Positions 18,959 to 29,709 are shown, numbered from the stretch's first letter. The stretch: DNA of 64,000 nt from an uncultured Fluviicola sp. (GCA_913009205.1 CAJVYC010000011.1:2442-66441), one strand, 5' to 3'. Notes: generated by a model not told the origin, from the sequence alone. Numbers and translations are program-made.

Positions 18959-19762
18959 ATGAAAATGAATTTTAAAATATTAGGAGGTTTGGTAATAGCA
19001 GTTTCAGCTGTGTTATTGGGTTCGTGTTCAGCGGATCCAGATAGCGCAGGATTGGAATATATGCCAGACATGTACAGATCCCCAGCTGTAGAACCATATG
19101 TTGATTATGGTCACATTAGAGAAAACGAAAACGTAGACGCCAAAATGAGGTTGTCAGCAATGACGCCGCCTAACGGAACGGTTCCTTATTTTGGGACAGA
19201 TTCAACAGAGGTAAGTCTTATGCTCCCTTATCATAGAAAAGCGAACAACGATTTTAGACAATCGCATGGAATGTTTGGTGAAGAACTGTCTCCAGCGAGT
19301 ATTAATACGTACGAATTAGCCGCAGCTGATAAGAATCCGATGAAGATGCTTTATAGTTTTGAAGTTAAGAAGGGTACGACTGATACAACTTGGACAAATG
19401 AGACATTAGCCTCAGGTAAAACATTGTTCAACAACAACTGTTCTCACTGTCACGGTGAAAAAGGAGACGGTAACGGTGAAATGATGGTCAATGAAACGTT
19501 TGCCGGTGTCCCTGATTATGGAAACCTAACGGAATTAAGTGACGGTCAAATGTTCTATTCTATCTATTACGGAAAAGGATCTATGGGATCACACAGATCT
19601 CTTATTAATAAGAAGGAGATTTGGACTTTAGTTCACTATATCAGAAAGTTCCAAGACAAAGCATATGGAGATAAAGGAAAAGCTGCATTGGATACTGACC
19701 CTATGGATGGTCAAGATCCGATGAATGAAAGTGACCCTTCAGATGCAGTTGCCCCTGAATAG
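18959..19762 (+). CDS. actE: Alternative complex III subunit ActE (monohaem cytochrome c lipoprotein)
   Basis: Lipobox LLGSC, the EYMPDMY motif, and a single CSHCH haem site with a downstream Met. Confidence 0.9.
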   Translation: MKMNFKILGGLVIAVSAVLLGSCSADPDSAGLEYMPDMYRSPAVEPYVDYGHIRENENVDAKMRLSAMTPPNGTVPYFGTDSTEVSLMLPYHRKANNDFRQSHGMFGEELSPASINTYELAAADKNPMKMLYSFEVKKGTTDTTWTNETLASGKTLFNNNCSHCHGEKGDGNGEMMVNETFAGVPDYGNLTELSDGQMFYSIYYGKGSMGSHRSLINKKEIWTLVHYIRKFQDKAYGDKGKAALDTDPMDGQDPMNESDPSDAVAPE

Positions 19763-19798
19763 GAATAGTAAGAAATAAAAACTGACGAACAAATTAGG

Positions 19799-21001
19799 AT
19801 GGAATTTAAAATAACAAATAAAGCAAAAACACTTACACTTGTGCTTATGGCGATTGGTGTCGTGTTTACTGCAATTGGTATTATCATCAACTTTGATAAT
19901 CACCAGATTTTACCGCGCGTTTTAGGAAGTAGCTTAGTAAGTAGTTTCTTCTTTTTCTCTATTGGATTAGGAGCACTTTTCTTCTTAGCTCTTGCCTATG
20001 CAACTGAAACAGGTTGGTACGCTACTGTTAAAAGACTAATTGAAGGTATTGCAGGGTTCTTACCTTATGGAATTGGATTAATGATTTTGGTTTTCATAGT
20101 AATTTCTGTTACTGATGGAGGACATATTTATTCTTGGATGAATCCGGAGTATACAACACCAGGGGAGGAACATTACGATCCAATCATTGAAGGTAAAACG
20201 GGTTACTTAAACATGATTTTCTGGTGGGTTAGAACTATTATTTATTTGGGAACTTATTACATCTTCTGGACAGGATTTAGAAAAAGATCACTAGAAGAAG
20301 ATAGGGTTGGCGGAACGGAAATTCACTTTAAGAATTACAAAAAAGGTGCGTTGTTCTTGGTGTTCTTTGCTGTGTTTAGTTCAACTTCTTCTTGGGATTG
20401 GATTATGTCAATTGATGTTCACTGGTTCTCTACATTATTCGGTTGGTACGTATTTGCAGGAATGTGGTGTTCAGCTATGACGGTATTGGTCTTATTAACA
20501 CTTTACTTGAAAAAACAAGGTTATTTACCTAAGGTAAACGAAAGTCATATTCACGATATTGGTAAATGGACATTCGCAACTTCTTTTTTGTGGTCTTACC
20601 TTTGGTTCTCTCAGTATATGTTGATTTGGTATGCAAACATACCAGAGGAAACAGTATACCACCTTGCAAGAATTGAAAATTACCAAGTACTTTATTTCAC
20701 GATGTTCATCATTAACTTTGCATTTCCAATGTTACTTTTGATGTCGAGAGACGCAAAGAGACATTCCGGAATACTAACTTTCGTTGGATTGATTATTTTG
20801 TCTGGTCACTGGCTAGATGTTTACATGATGGTAGCACCAGGAACACTTGGAGTAAATGGAACAATTGGATTGATCGAAATTGGAATGGTATTGTTGCTGG
20901 CTGGAGCATTTATAAGGATAGTTCTTGTAAATCTAACCAAGGCACCATTAACACCGGTTAATCACCCTTTCTTGGACGAAAGTATACACCACGAGATTTA
21001 A
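19799..21001 (+). CDS. actF: Alternative complex III subunit ActF (second NrfD-like membrane subunit)
   Basis: 400-aa polytopic membrane protein following actE, consistent with the canonical actABCDEF order. Confidence 0.88.
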   Translation: MEFKITNKAKTLTLVLMAIGVVFTAIGIIINFDNHQILPRVLGSSLVSSFFFFSIGLGALFFLALAYATETGWYATVKRLIEGIAGFLPYGIGLMILVFIVISVTDGGHIYSWMNPEYTTPGEEHYDPIIEGKTGYLNMIFWWVRTIIYLGTYYIFWTGFRKRSLEEDRVGGTEIHFKNYKKGALFLVFFAVFSSTSSWDWIMSIDVHWFSTLFGWYVFAGMWCSAMTVLVLLTLYLKKQGYLPKVNESHIHDIGKWTFATSFLWSYLWFSQYMLIWYANIPEETVYHLARIENYQVLYFTMFIINFAFPMLLLMSRDAKRHSGILTFVGLIILSGHWLDVYMMVAPGTLGVNGTIGLIEIGMVLLLAGAFIRIVLVNLTKAPLTPVNHPFLDESIHHEI

Positions 21002-21035
21002 TAAACTTTAGTACAGATAATACATACATACATAG

Positions 21036-22406
21036 ATGGTAACTAAATTGGTCATATTATTAGTAATAGTTTTAGGAGTTGTAGCGTTGGCTCAGTTGAT
21101 GCGCGTTTACGAATTGTCCTCAAAACTTACGAAAAAGGTTGAATCCGACATCAGCAATCGCGACAATAGATTTAACGCGAAAATGATGATGGCATTCATG
21201 GTGTTGTTGTTCGGAGGTTTCATCTGGTTGATGTTGAAATACGGATGGACAGGAAGAGGTATAGCAGCTTCAGTTCACGGTAGGGAAACGGATTGGTTGA
21301 TGGATTTGAACCTAATTATCATTATTGCGGTTTTCTTCTTGACAAATGCATTGTTGTTTGGTTTCGCATACAAGTATGTGAAAAAGCCAGGAGTTCCAGC
21401 GTTGTATTACCCTCATAACAATAAGCTTGAGATGATCTGGACAGTTGTTCCTGCTGTTGTTCTTGCAGTTATTATTATTCTTGGATTAAGAGTGTGGAAT
21501 ACAACAACTGATCCTGCTGGTAAGGAAGCAATTCGAGTTGAGTTATTTTCGAAGCAATTCGATTGGACTGCGCGCTATAGTGGAATGGATAACAAGTTAG
21601 GTCGGTTTGATTATAAATTGACGCATGAGGAGAATAATCCATTGGCTTTAATGACAACTGAAACTATCGATTCAGCAATTCTTTATATGGAAGACGGATA
21701 TTTGAATACTAAAAGCATTCATTATCTTGAAACAACACTGAATGATCCTAATATAGTAATGAATTCTGATGATCGTGATTTGATGATGGTTGAATTATCA
21801 AGAAGAGAAAGATTGATTCGAATGCTGTATCAGATGAAAAAACGTCATGATGACAAGATCGATACGAATGCATATGATGATATCATCCAAACAGATACAT
21901 TGTATTTATGTGTTGATCAAGAGTATGAAATGAATTTCAGATCTAAAGATGTAATTCACTCAGCATACTTCCCACACTTCAGAGTTCAAATGAACAATGT
22001 TCCAGGTATGACTACGCGATTTAAATTCACACCGGACGTTTCTACCGAAGAGATGAAGAAGATTAAGGGAGATGAAAATTTCAATTACATCCTTATGTGT
22101 AACAAGATTTGTGGTGGAGCGCATTACAAAATGAAAATGTTGGTTGAAGTACTTGATGCTAAAACTTACGATGAGTGGATGAATGGTGTCTACAGAAAGG
22201 ATGGAAAAGGAAAATATGTTCTTGATAATAAAGGCAAGAAAATTCTTCTTAAAAGAGGTAAGGTTCATGAAGCGACATTTGCCCATACATATAAGAAGGG
22301 TGAGAATACACTTTTACCAACAACAACACAAAGCGAGTTAGAAGCTTTAAAAGTTGAACTTGAAAAGAAAGCAAATCTTGATATTCCATCAACAGATGGT
22401 AATTAA
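21036..22406 (+). CDS. ctaC: Cytochrome c oxidase subunit II (CuA, no cytochrome c domain)
   Basis: N-terminal TM helices and a cupredoxin domain with CuA ligands: H..(HSAYFPHF) and CNKICGGAHYKM. There is no CxxCH motif. Confidence 0.93.
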   Translation: MVTKLVILLVIVLGVVALAQLMRVYELSSKLTKKVESDISNRDNRFNAKMMMAFMVLLFGGFIWLMLKYGWTGRGIAASVHGRETDWLMDLNLIIIIAVFFLTNALLFGFAYKYVKKPGVPALYYPHNNKLEMIWTVVPAVVLAVIIILGLRVWNTTTDPAGKEAIRVELFSKQFDWTARYSGMDNKLGRFDYKLTHEENNPLALMTTETIDSAILYMEDGYLNTKSIHYLETTLNDPNIVMNSDDRDLMMVELSRRERLIRMLYQMKKRHDDKIDTNAYDDIIQTDTLYLCVDQEYEMNFRSKDVIHSAYFPHFRVQMNNVPGMTTRFKFTPDVSTEEMKKIKGDENFNYILMCNKICGGAHYKMKMLVEVLDAKTYDEWMNGVYRKDGKGKYVLDNKGKKILLKRGKVHEATFAHTYKKGENTLLPTTTQSELEALKVELEKKANLDIPSTDGN

Positions 22407-22444
22407 GAAAATAACGGATTAAGAATAAATTTAAACTAGGATAA

Positions 22445-24253
22445 ATGGCGGCAGTAGCGCATGATGCAAGTGGGCATCACGATGATCACGGACACCACGA
22501 GGAAAGTTTCGTATCAAAGTACATCTTTAGTCAGGACCATAAAATGATAGCGAAGCAGTTCTTAATGACTGCTATATTCATGGGGGTTGTGGCAATGTTG
22601 TTATCTATATTATTTAGAATTCAATTGGCATGGCCAGGGGAAAGTTCAGATTTTGTATCGTTCTTCCTTGGCGATACATGGGCTCCAGGTGGAGTTATGA
22701 AAGAGGATATGTATTTAGGATTGGTGACAATTCACGGTACTATTATGGTATTCTTCCTGTTAACAGGTGGTTTATCTGGTACATTTTCGAACCTTTTAAT
22801 TCCATTACAGCTTGGTGCACGTGATATGGCATCAGGGTTCTTGAACATGTTGTCTTTTTGGTTCTTCTTTGTTTCATCATTGATAATGTTTGGATCACTA
22901 TTCATTGAGACAGGACCAGCAATGGCAGGTTGGACGATTTATCCTCCTCTATCTGCCTTACCACAGGCAATTAGTGGATCAGGATTGGGTATGACTTTAT
23001 GGTTGTTTTCAATGGCGATTTTCATTGCTTCATCTTTGATTGGATCTTTGAACTACATCGTTACTGTATTGAACTTACGTACTAAGGGAATGACAATGAC
23101 AAGAATGCCTCTTACAATCTGGGCGTTCTTCGTAACGGCGATTTTAGGTGTTCTTTCTTTCCCAGTATTATTATCAGCGGTAGTTTTATTAATCATGGAT
23201 AGATTGGCAGGAACGAGTTTCTACCTTTCTGACATTATTGTAAATGGAGAGATGTTAACGCAGCATGGTGGTTCACCGCTATTGTTCCAACACCTTTTCT
23301 GGTTCTTAGGCCATCCTGAGGTATACATTGTACTTCTTCCTGCCCTTGGGTTATCTTCTGAAGTTATCGCAACGAATTCAAGAAAACCGATCTTTGGATA
23401 TAGAGCGATGATTGGATCAATTCTAGCAATTGGTTTCTTATCGTTTATTGTTTGGGCACATCACATGTTTATAACAGGTATGAATCCATTCTTAGGTAGT
23501 GTTTTTGTATTTACAACCTTACTAATTGCGATTCCATCAGCCGTTAAAGTGTTTAATTACATTACGACGCTTTGGAAAGGATCAATTGTCTACACTCCAG
23601 CAATGTTATTTGCAATTGGACTTGTATCAACGTTCATTACAGGTGGCGTAACAGGAATTATCTTGGCCGATGCTGCATTGGATATTGCAATTCATGATAC
23701 ATACTTCGTAGTTGCCCACTTCCACGTAGTAATGGGGCTGTCAGCTGTCTTTGGAATGTTCGCAGGTGTTTACCACTGGTTCCCAAAAATGTTCGGGAAA
23801 ATGATGAATACTCGATTGGGTTACGCTCACTTCTGGGTTACTATTGTCGGTGCTTATGGGGTATTCTTCCCAATGCACTTCGTAGGAATCGCTGGAGCAC
23901 CGAGACGTTATTATGATTATACAGTCTACAACGATTTCGATCCGGCTACGGGTGATATGATGATGGACTTGAATGTAATTATTACAATGTTTGCGATCTT
24001 TGCGGCCGTAGGACAATTGTTATTCTTATTCAATTTCTTTTACAGTGTTGCAAGAGGACCTAAAACAGTTCAAAATCCATGGTCAGGAACAACATTGGAA
24101 TGGACTACTCCGGTAGAACATATTCACGGAAACTGGCACGGTGAGTTACCTACTGTTCACAGATGGCCTTATGATTATTCTAAGCCAGGATACGATGTTG
24201 ATTTCGTTCCACAAATTGTTCCATTAAGGGAAGGTGAAGAAGAAGGTCATTAG
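22445..24253 (+). CDS. ctaD: Cytochrome c oxidase subunit I (haem-copper oxidase catalytic subunit)
   Basis: 12-TM protein with WFLGHPEVYIVLLP, WAHHMF and HDTYFVVAHFHVVM signatures. Confidence 0.97.
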   Translation: MAAVAHDASGHHDDHGHHEESFVSKYIFSQDHKMIAKQFLMTAIFMGVVAMLLSILFRIQLAWPGESSDFVSFFLGDTWAPGGVMKEDMYLGLVTIHGTIMVFFLLTGGLSGTFSNLLIPLQLGARDMASGFLNMLSFWFFFVSSLIMFGSLFIETGPAMAGWTIYPPLSALPQAISGSGLGMTLWLFSMAIFIASSLIGSLNYIVTVLNLRTKGMTMTRMPLTIWAFFVTAILGVLSFPVLLSAVVLLIMDRLAGTSFYLSDIIVNGEMLTQHGGSPLLFQHLFWFLGHPEVYIVLLPALGLSSEVIATNSRKPIFGYRAMIGSILAIGFLSFIVWAHHMFITGMNPFLGSVFVFTTLLIAIPSAVKVFNYITTLWKGSIVYTPAMLFAIGLVSTFITGGVTGIILADAALDIAIHDTYFVVAHFHVVMGLSAVFGMFAGVYHWFPKMFGKMMNTRLGYAHFWVTIVGAYGVFFPMHFVGIAGAPRRYYDYTVYNDFDPATGDMMMDLNVIITMFAIFAAVGQLLFLFNFFYSVARGPKTVQNPWSGTTLEWTTPVEHIHGNWHGELPTVHRWPYDYSKPGYDVDFVPQIVPLREGEEEGH

Positions 24254-24274
24254 AAACATACTTTAATATTGTAA

Positions 24275-24307
24275 GCCCTTTCCGAGTTATCGGAAGGGGC
24301 TTTTTTT
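24275..24307 (+). terminator. Rho-independent terminator after ctaD
   Basis: 10-bp stem gccctttccg/cggaaggggc with one G-U pair and a 6-nt loop, followed by T7. Confidence 0.8.
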
Positions 24308-24409
24308 GTACATTTGATTTGAGTAGATGTTTTAAAAGAAACTCCGCTAGGAGTTGAAGAGCAAACGCTAAAGTCTCGATAATAATTAAATTGACAGAGA
24401 ACAATTAGA

Positions 24410-25432
24410 ATGGAAGAATCATTCGATTATAAAGAAGAATCAGAAAGCCACAATGATCAGGACTATGATAAAGTTTTAAGGCCGAAAAGGCTTGAAGATT
24501 TTACAGGTCAGGAAAAGGTAGTGGCAAATCTTGAAGTCTTTGTTCAAGCAGCGGCATTTCGCGATGAACCGTTGGATCATGTTCTACTTCATGGACCACC
24601 AGGTTTAGGTAAAACAACGTTAGCTAATATTATTGCGAATGAATTAGGAGTGAATTGCAAAATCACGAGTGGACCTGTCTTGGATAAACCGGGGGATTTA
24701 GCAGGCCTTTTAACGAACCTTGAAAGAGGTGACGTTTTGTTCATTGATGAAATTCATAGATTAAGTCCGATCATTGAAGAGTACTTGTATTCGGCAATGG
24801 AAGATTATAAAATTGACATTCTTATCGATTCTGGACCAAATGCTAGAACGGTACAAATTGAATTGAATCCATTTACGTTAATTGGCGCTACAACGAGATC
24901 AGGTCTTTTGACTTCGCCGCTCAGAGCTCGTTTTGGAATTAATTCAAGGTTGTCTTATTATAACGCAAAGACCTTAACATTGATCGTTGAACGTTCAGCA
25001 GGATTGTTAGGTATTCCAACAACTGAAGAGGCAGCATACCAAATAGCGAGTAGAAGCAGAGGTACGCCTAGAATTGCAAATTCATTATTGCGACGTGTGC
25101 GTGATTTCGCTCAAATTAAAGGGGATGGAACAATTACTCTTGAAATCACCAATCATGCCTTAGAAGCATTGAATGTGGATCAAAATGGGCTTGACGAAAT
25201 GGACAATAAGATTCTTTCTACAATTATTGAGAAATTCCGCGGTGGACCAGTCGGAATGTCAACCATTGCTACCGCAATTGGTGAAAACGCAGGAACAATT
25301 GAAGAAGTCTACGAGCCATTCTTAATTCAGGAAGGGTTCTTAATGAGAACTCCTCGAGGAAGAAAAGCGACGGAAAAGGCATTTATGCATTTGGGAATTG
25401 TTCCAGGACCGACTCAAGGTGGATTATTCTGA
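24410..25432 (+). CDS. ruvB: Holliday junction branch migration DNA helicase RuvB
   Basis: Walker [12 protein letters not shown], Walker [10 protein letters not shown], and a RuvB C-terminal winged-helix region. Confidence 0.97.
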   Translation: MEESFDYKEESESHNDQDYDKVLRPKRLEDFTGQEKVVANLEVFVQAAAFRDEPLDHVLLHGPPGLGKTTLANIIANELGVNCKITSGPVLDKPGDLAGLLTNLERGDVLFIDEIHRLSPIIEEYLYSAMEDYKIDILIDSGPNARTVQIELNPFTLIGATTRSGLLTSPLRARFGINSRLSYYNAKTLTLIVERSAGLLGIPTTEEAAYQIASRSRGTPRIANSLLRRVRDFAQIKGDGTITLEITNHALEALNVDQNGLDEMDNKILSTIIEKFRGGPVGMSTIATAIGENAGTIEEVYEPFLIQEGFLMRTPRGRKATEKAFMHLGIVPGPTQGGLF

Positions 25433-25469
25433 TTCCTAATTCCGTTAACATGGAACAATTTTATTTCCG

Positions 25470-26399
25470 ATGAACTTAAAAGAAATTCACACTCAAAAAA
25501 TAAAGCAAAAGGCGAAAGAGCTTGGCTTCTTTTTTTGTGGGATTTCAAATGCCGATTTTTTAGCGGAAGAAGCAAAACAACTAGACAATTGGCTGAAGCT
25601 TGGTTACCATGGGAAAATGAATTACATGGAAAACCATTACGACAAACGATTGGACCCTCGATTGCTTGTTGACGACGCAAAATCTGTAGTCTCTCTTTTA
25701 TTGAATTACTATACGGAAGATGAACAAACAGATCCAAAAGCACCGAAAATCTCTAAATACGCCTACGGAAAGGATTATCATTTTATCATTAAAGATAAAC
25801 TGAAGGAATTCTATCAATTCATTCAAGATGAAATTGGCGAAGTAGGAGGAAGGGTCTTCGTCGATTCAGCTCCAGTTATGGACAAGGCTTGGGCAAAGAA
25901 AAGTGGTTTAGGTTGGATGGGAAAGAATGCAAACATCATCAACCCCAAACACGGATCTTTTTTCTTTATTGCTGAAATGATCCTCGACCTCGAACTTGAA
26001 CCCGATGGCCCTATCAAAGATTATTGTGGGACATGCACACAATGTATTGATGAGTGCCCAACAGATGCGATTGTCGAGCCGTACGTTATTGATGGATCGA
26101 AATGTATCTCATACTTAACCATTGAACTTAAGGATGAAATTATGCCCAGCGAGTTTAAGGGTAAGATGGACAATTGGATGTTTGGTTGCGACATATGTCA
26201 ATCCGTTTGTCCTTGGAATCGATTTTCAAAACCACATTCTGAACCTTGGTTTAATCCACACGAAGATTTATTGAAAATGTCCAAGCACGATTGGGATGAT
26301 TTAACGGAAGAAGTATTCCAAGAATTGTTTAGGAAAAGCGCCGTGAAAAGAACAAAATTTCCAGGCTTAATTCGAAATATCTCATCCTTGAAGGAGTAG
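25470..26399 (+). CDS. queG: Epoxyqueuosine reductase QueG
   Basis: Two 4Fe-4S motifs ([23 protein letters not shown]) and a typical QueG N-terminal region. Confidence 0.93.
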   Translation: MNLKEIHTQKIKQKAKELGFFFCGISNADFLAEEAKQLDNWLKLGYHGKMNYMENHYDKRLDPRLLVDDAKSVVSLLLNYYTEDEQTDPKAPKISKYAYGKDYHFIIKDKLKEFYQFIQDEIGEVGGRVFVDSAPVMDKAWAKKSGLGWMGKNANIINPKHGSFFFIAEMILDLELEPDGPIKDYCGTCTQCIDECPTDAIVEPYVIDGSKCISYLTIELKDEIMPSEFKGKMDNWMFGCDICQSVCPWNRFSKPHSEPWFNPHEDLLKMSKHDWDDLTEEVFQELFRKSAVKRTKFPGLIRNISSLKE

Positions 26400-26480
26400 A
26401 AAAAAAATCTCTTTGACTTTTTTAAATGAATGTAAACTAGAGCAGTCATGAATTTTTCTTAATTGGTTTCATTTTTATAA

Positions 26481-26880
26481 ATTGGGGATGAAAACCAGCA
26501 CTTAATCACTTATTCCCGAAAATCAACCGGTAAGTGGAGTCTCATATAGCATGACTCCTATACAGGATATTGGACGAAAGCTGAAGCAGGTTATCTACTT
26601 CGAAGAACTATATTTGGACCTCAAAATCCAGAAATTTAAATGCAGTAGCAAATGGAACGGCCGCTGCGGCGATTCCATTATTACAAATCCCTATATTGGG
26701 TGATCAGTTAACATTTCGTCCGATGAGTCTATTGTTCCTCACGGGAATACTTGGGTCACCGCTATATTTCCTTCCAATTCAATCGATTTAAAAACGGTGG
26801 GAAATGCGAGATTGTGGTCTTAGTGTTAAAGAATACTTCAAAGGCAATGCGTAAAACACAATTATTGCACATGTCAATAC
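26481..26880 (+). pseudogene. Decayed N-terminal remnant of a DUF1800-like gene (in-frame stop plus several frameshifts)
   Basis: Peptide fragments are spread over three frames: YTGYWTKAEAGYLLRRTIFGPQNPEI, NAVANGTAAAAIPLLQ, VPHGNTWVTAIF and KEYFKG. As I recall the family, these resemble the N-terminal LLRR..FG / G.tWV / EYFKGW signature of DUF1800 proteins. There is no intact ORF of 60 aa or more in 540 bp. Confidence 0.4.
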
Positions 26881-26937
26881 CTGAATACGAAACGTAAGAA
26901 AATAGATTATTAGTGTTCAACAATAAACAGCGATCAA

Positions 26938-28461
26938 TTAGCCCGTTACGGCTTTAAAGATGTCATTTCCATTGGCATAGATCAACAGCCCTAGAAGGAT
27001 GATAATTCCAACGTATTGTGCATATTCCAGTACCTTTTCTGGTGCTTCTTTACCTGTGATTATTTCATACAGTAAGAAAACAACATGTCCGCCATCTAAC
27101 GCTGGAATAGGAAGAATATTCATAAATGCCAATATAATTGAGATGAATGCTGTGATTTCCCAGAAAGGTTGCCATTGCCATGTTGAAGGGAACAAACCAC
27201 CAATTGCGCCAAATCCACCCAAACTAGAAGCACCTTTTTTAGTGAAAATAAATTTCAGTTGACCAACGTAGTCTCCTAGAGTTTCAGTTCCTCGCCCAAT
27301 TCCTTTGCCAATCGACTCTCCAAATCCGTAATAAATAGTTTTTGCCGCTGTCGTATCCGAAGATGTTAATTCACCAGCATTGAATCCAACCGATCCCGAT
27401 TTTGAAACGTACGCGTTTATATTAATTGTATCCAAATTGTTTCGAATTACAGTCAACTTGGTATTTTTATTTCGTTTCTCGTACAATTGAGAAACGATTT
27501 CATCATGGTAAATTATCGGCTGATCGTTTACCGCAACAATACTGTCATTTGGTTTCAATCCTCCAGCCATAGCAGGTGCAGCTCTAAGTAAGGACTTAAA
27601 CTCTCTTTTATTCGTTATTACTTCAGAAGTGTCACCATCTCTAACGATGATTACTTTGTGTTTTTTTGATAGATACGCCTTATCTGTCAGATCAATTTTG
27701 TCAATTGTCTTTCCATCTATTTTGTGGATACCGTCGCCCGATTTGAACAGTTTATCCTTTGAATCCATTGATGTCACAACTCCGGCAACTTTTCGTGTTT
27801 TCCTTCTATAACCGGCAATATCTGTTGATCCAGAAATAAAGAGCTTGTAATCAATATCGTCTGGAAGCGTGATTTTCTTTGTTTCACCATTTGCACGAAG
27901 CACAGTTAATTTACGTCCTCCGCGAAGCAATAATTCTTTTGTTATGTCACTGAAATGCATGATAGGTTTTCCGTCAACTTCTAAAATGTTATCGCCAGAC
28001 TTAACACCGAATTGCTCCATGTAAGGATGAATTGCCATTCCAAGTTTCAGGTCTTGCGCAGGTATTTGTCTTTCTCCCCAGGTAAAAACGATAAATATAT
28101 ATATAACCATTCCCAGAATAAGATTCACTGTTACACCACCAAGCATAATGATCAATCGTTGCCATGCTGGTTTTGATCTGAATTCCCAAGGCTCAGCAGG
28201 CTTTTCCATTTGCTCCTTGTCCATCGATTCGTCGATCATTCCTGCAATCTTTACGTATCCACCTAACGGGATCCATCCAATCCCCCACTCAGTATCTCCA
28301 ATTTTTTTCTTGAATAAAGAGAACTTCCAGTCGAAGAATAAATAGAATTTTTCAACGCGTGTTTTGAATATACGTGCAGGAATATAATGACCAAACTCGT
28401 GTAAAACGATCAATAGGGACAGCGACAATAATAACTGCGATGCTTTAATCCAAAAATCCAT
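26938..28461 (-). CDS. rseP: RIP metalloprotease RseP (site-2 protease, M50 family)
   Basis: HEFGHY zinc motif in TM1, PDZ region(s), and the C-terminal NILPIPALDGGH motif. Confidence 0.95.
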   Translation of the reverse strand: MDFWIKASQLLLSLSLLIVLHEFGHYIPARIFKTRVEKFYLFFDWKFSLFKKKIGDTEWGIGWIPLGGYVKIAGMIDESMDKEQMEKPAEPWEFRSKPAWQRLIIMLGGVTVNLILGMVIYIFIVFTWGERQIPAQDLKLGMAIHPYMEQFGVKSGDNILEVDGKPIMHFSDITKELLLRGGRKLTVLRANGETKKITLPDDIDYKLFISGSTDIAGYRRKTRKVAGVVTSMDSKDKLFKSGDGIHKIDGKTIDKIDLTDKAYLSKKHKVIIVRDGDTSEVITNKREFKSLLRAAPAMAGGLKPNDSIVAVNDQPIIYHDEIVSQLYEKRNKNTKLTVIRNNLDTININAYVSKSGSVGFNAGELTSSDTTAAKTIYYGFGESIGKGIGRGTETLGDYVGQLKFIFTKKGASSLGGFGAIGGLFPSTWQWQPFWEITAFISIILAFMNILPIPALDGGHVVFLLYEIITGKEAPEKVLEYAQYVGIIILLGLLIYANGNDIFKAVTG

Positions 28462-28542
28462 AGAATATTTTTATTTAAATGCGAAGATAGTGAAATTAGA
28501 TAATGCTTTGATAGCCACCTTATGTTAATGTTATAAGTCGAT

Positions 28543-28899
28543 TTAAGACTCGATTAAGTCAGCGTATTCATTTTGCTGAAAGTAATCTATAATTGCTTCT
28601 TTCATCAGGTGTTGCTGCTCGCGATCGGTAAGATTCGGAAGCGATTTTAAGAATTTGAAATGAGGCCAGTTTTCTTCGTCCCTCTTCTCGTATTCATAAT
28701 AACCAAAAGGCTCCAATAATGTGCAAATCGCAACATGAAGAAGGTCCTGTTTCTCAGCTTTTGAGAAATCCTTATAACCAATACCAAGTTCATTTACGCC
28801 AATAAGAAAGAGTACGGCCTGAACATCCAGTCCTCCGCCAAAATTGGGTTCTAGTCCCTTTAATACTTTTTGAAAGCGCAATTCTATATCAAAATCCAT
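28543..28899 (-). CDS. Hypothetical cytoplasmic protein (118 aa)
   Basis: Clean ORF in its own intergenic context with no recognised motif. Confidence 0.6.
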   Translation of the reverse strand: MDFDIELRFQKVLKGLEPNFGGGLDVQAVLFLIGVNELGIGYKDFSKAEKQDLLHVAICTLLEPFGYYEYEKRDEENWPHFKFLKSLPNLTDREQQHLMKEAIIDYFQQNEYADLIES

Positions 28900-29056
28900 T
28901 TGGCAAAATTAGGTATAAATTTGATGATTTATGCCTCTTATTTCACGTTTGTTTGAATCCCGAGAATGACTCCTAAAAAGTAGATTTGATTCAAAATTAA
29001 ATGAATAATACATTCGAATTTTGCTTAACTTCGAACCTTACTTTTAATTGATTATT

Positions 29057-29689
29057 ATGAAAACGAAAATACTCGTATTTGCAGCATTGGCTTTTACTCT
29101 TGGACTATCCTCATGTGGCGATGATCCAAAAGAGATTGAAGATGAAGGAACGGATAAAGACATTTGTATTTATTCATACAATGAAGGATCAACAGATTTT
29201 GAATGGGTTGCATATAAGACAACAGCAAAAGTGGCAGTAGCCGGAACATTCAATGAAATAATTGTTACAAGTGAGTCTTCTGAAAATCCTTTTGAAGTAA
29301 TAGAATCACTTCAGTTCAAAATGAATACGGCGTCAGTTGAAACGCAGAATGAAGAACGTAACGGTAAAATCGCTGCTCAATTCTTTGGGGTTTTGAATAC
29401 ACCGGAAATTACAGGAAAAGTAGCTAGTGTAAATCAGGAGACTGGTAAAGCGTCTATGACAGTAACAATGCATGGAATGACTGCCGATGTTGAAGGAGAT
29501 TATACGATGGAAGACGGAATGTTCTCTTGGACTTCATCAATTGATGTTGACAGCTGGAACGGAATGGCAGGAATTATTGCTTTGAATACAATCTGTAAGG
29601 AATTACACAGCGGTGATGATGGAGTATCGAAATTGTGGTCTGAAATCGCATTGAGCTTCAGTACAACTTTAGTTTCGGATTGCGATTAA
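29057..29689 (+). CDS. YceI-like domain lipoprotein
   Basis: Lipobox LGLSSC. The pattern FEWVAYKTTAKVAVAGTF...TASVETQNEERNGKIAAQFF...PEITGKV...MTVTMHGMT resembles the YceI fold signature. I prefer the ATG at 29057 over the TTG at 29048. Confidence 0.55.
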   Translation: MKTKILVFAALAFTLGLSSCGDDPKEIEDEGTDKDICIYSYNEGSTDFEWVAYKTTAKVAVAGTFNEIIVTSESSENPFEVIESLQFKMNTASVETQNEERNGKIAAQFFGVLNTPEITGKVASVNQETGKASMTVTMHGMTADVEGDYTMEDGMFSWTSSIDVDSWNGMAGIIALNTICKELHSGDDGVSKLWSEIALSFSTTLVSDCD

Positions 29690-29709
29690 TTTAAGCCTTA
29701 GATCTAACA

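Noticed and set aside
24180-24404. 74-aa minus-strand ORF spanning the ctaD 3' end and its terminator
   Set aside because: It overlaps the ctaD coding end and the terminator hairpin, and has no motif. It is likely spurious.
26551-26703. 50-aa ORF MTPIQDIGRKLKQVIYFEELYLDLKIQKFKCSSKWNGRCGDSIITNPYIG in the queG-rseP gap
   Set aside because: It overlaps the DUF1800-like remnant in an alternative frame. It is more simply explained as a chance ORF within a decaying pseudogene.
26400-26937. Considered a structured RNA (SRP/4.5S, 6S or tmRNA) because of the long non-coding gap and a gaaagctgaagcagg segment vaguely like the SRP domain IV motif
   Set aside because: The flanks cannot form the required GNRA-closed helix and symmetric loop. 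There is no tRNA-like end or T-loop. The collinear protein-like fragments explain the region better.
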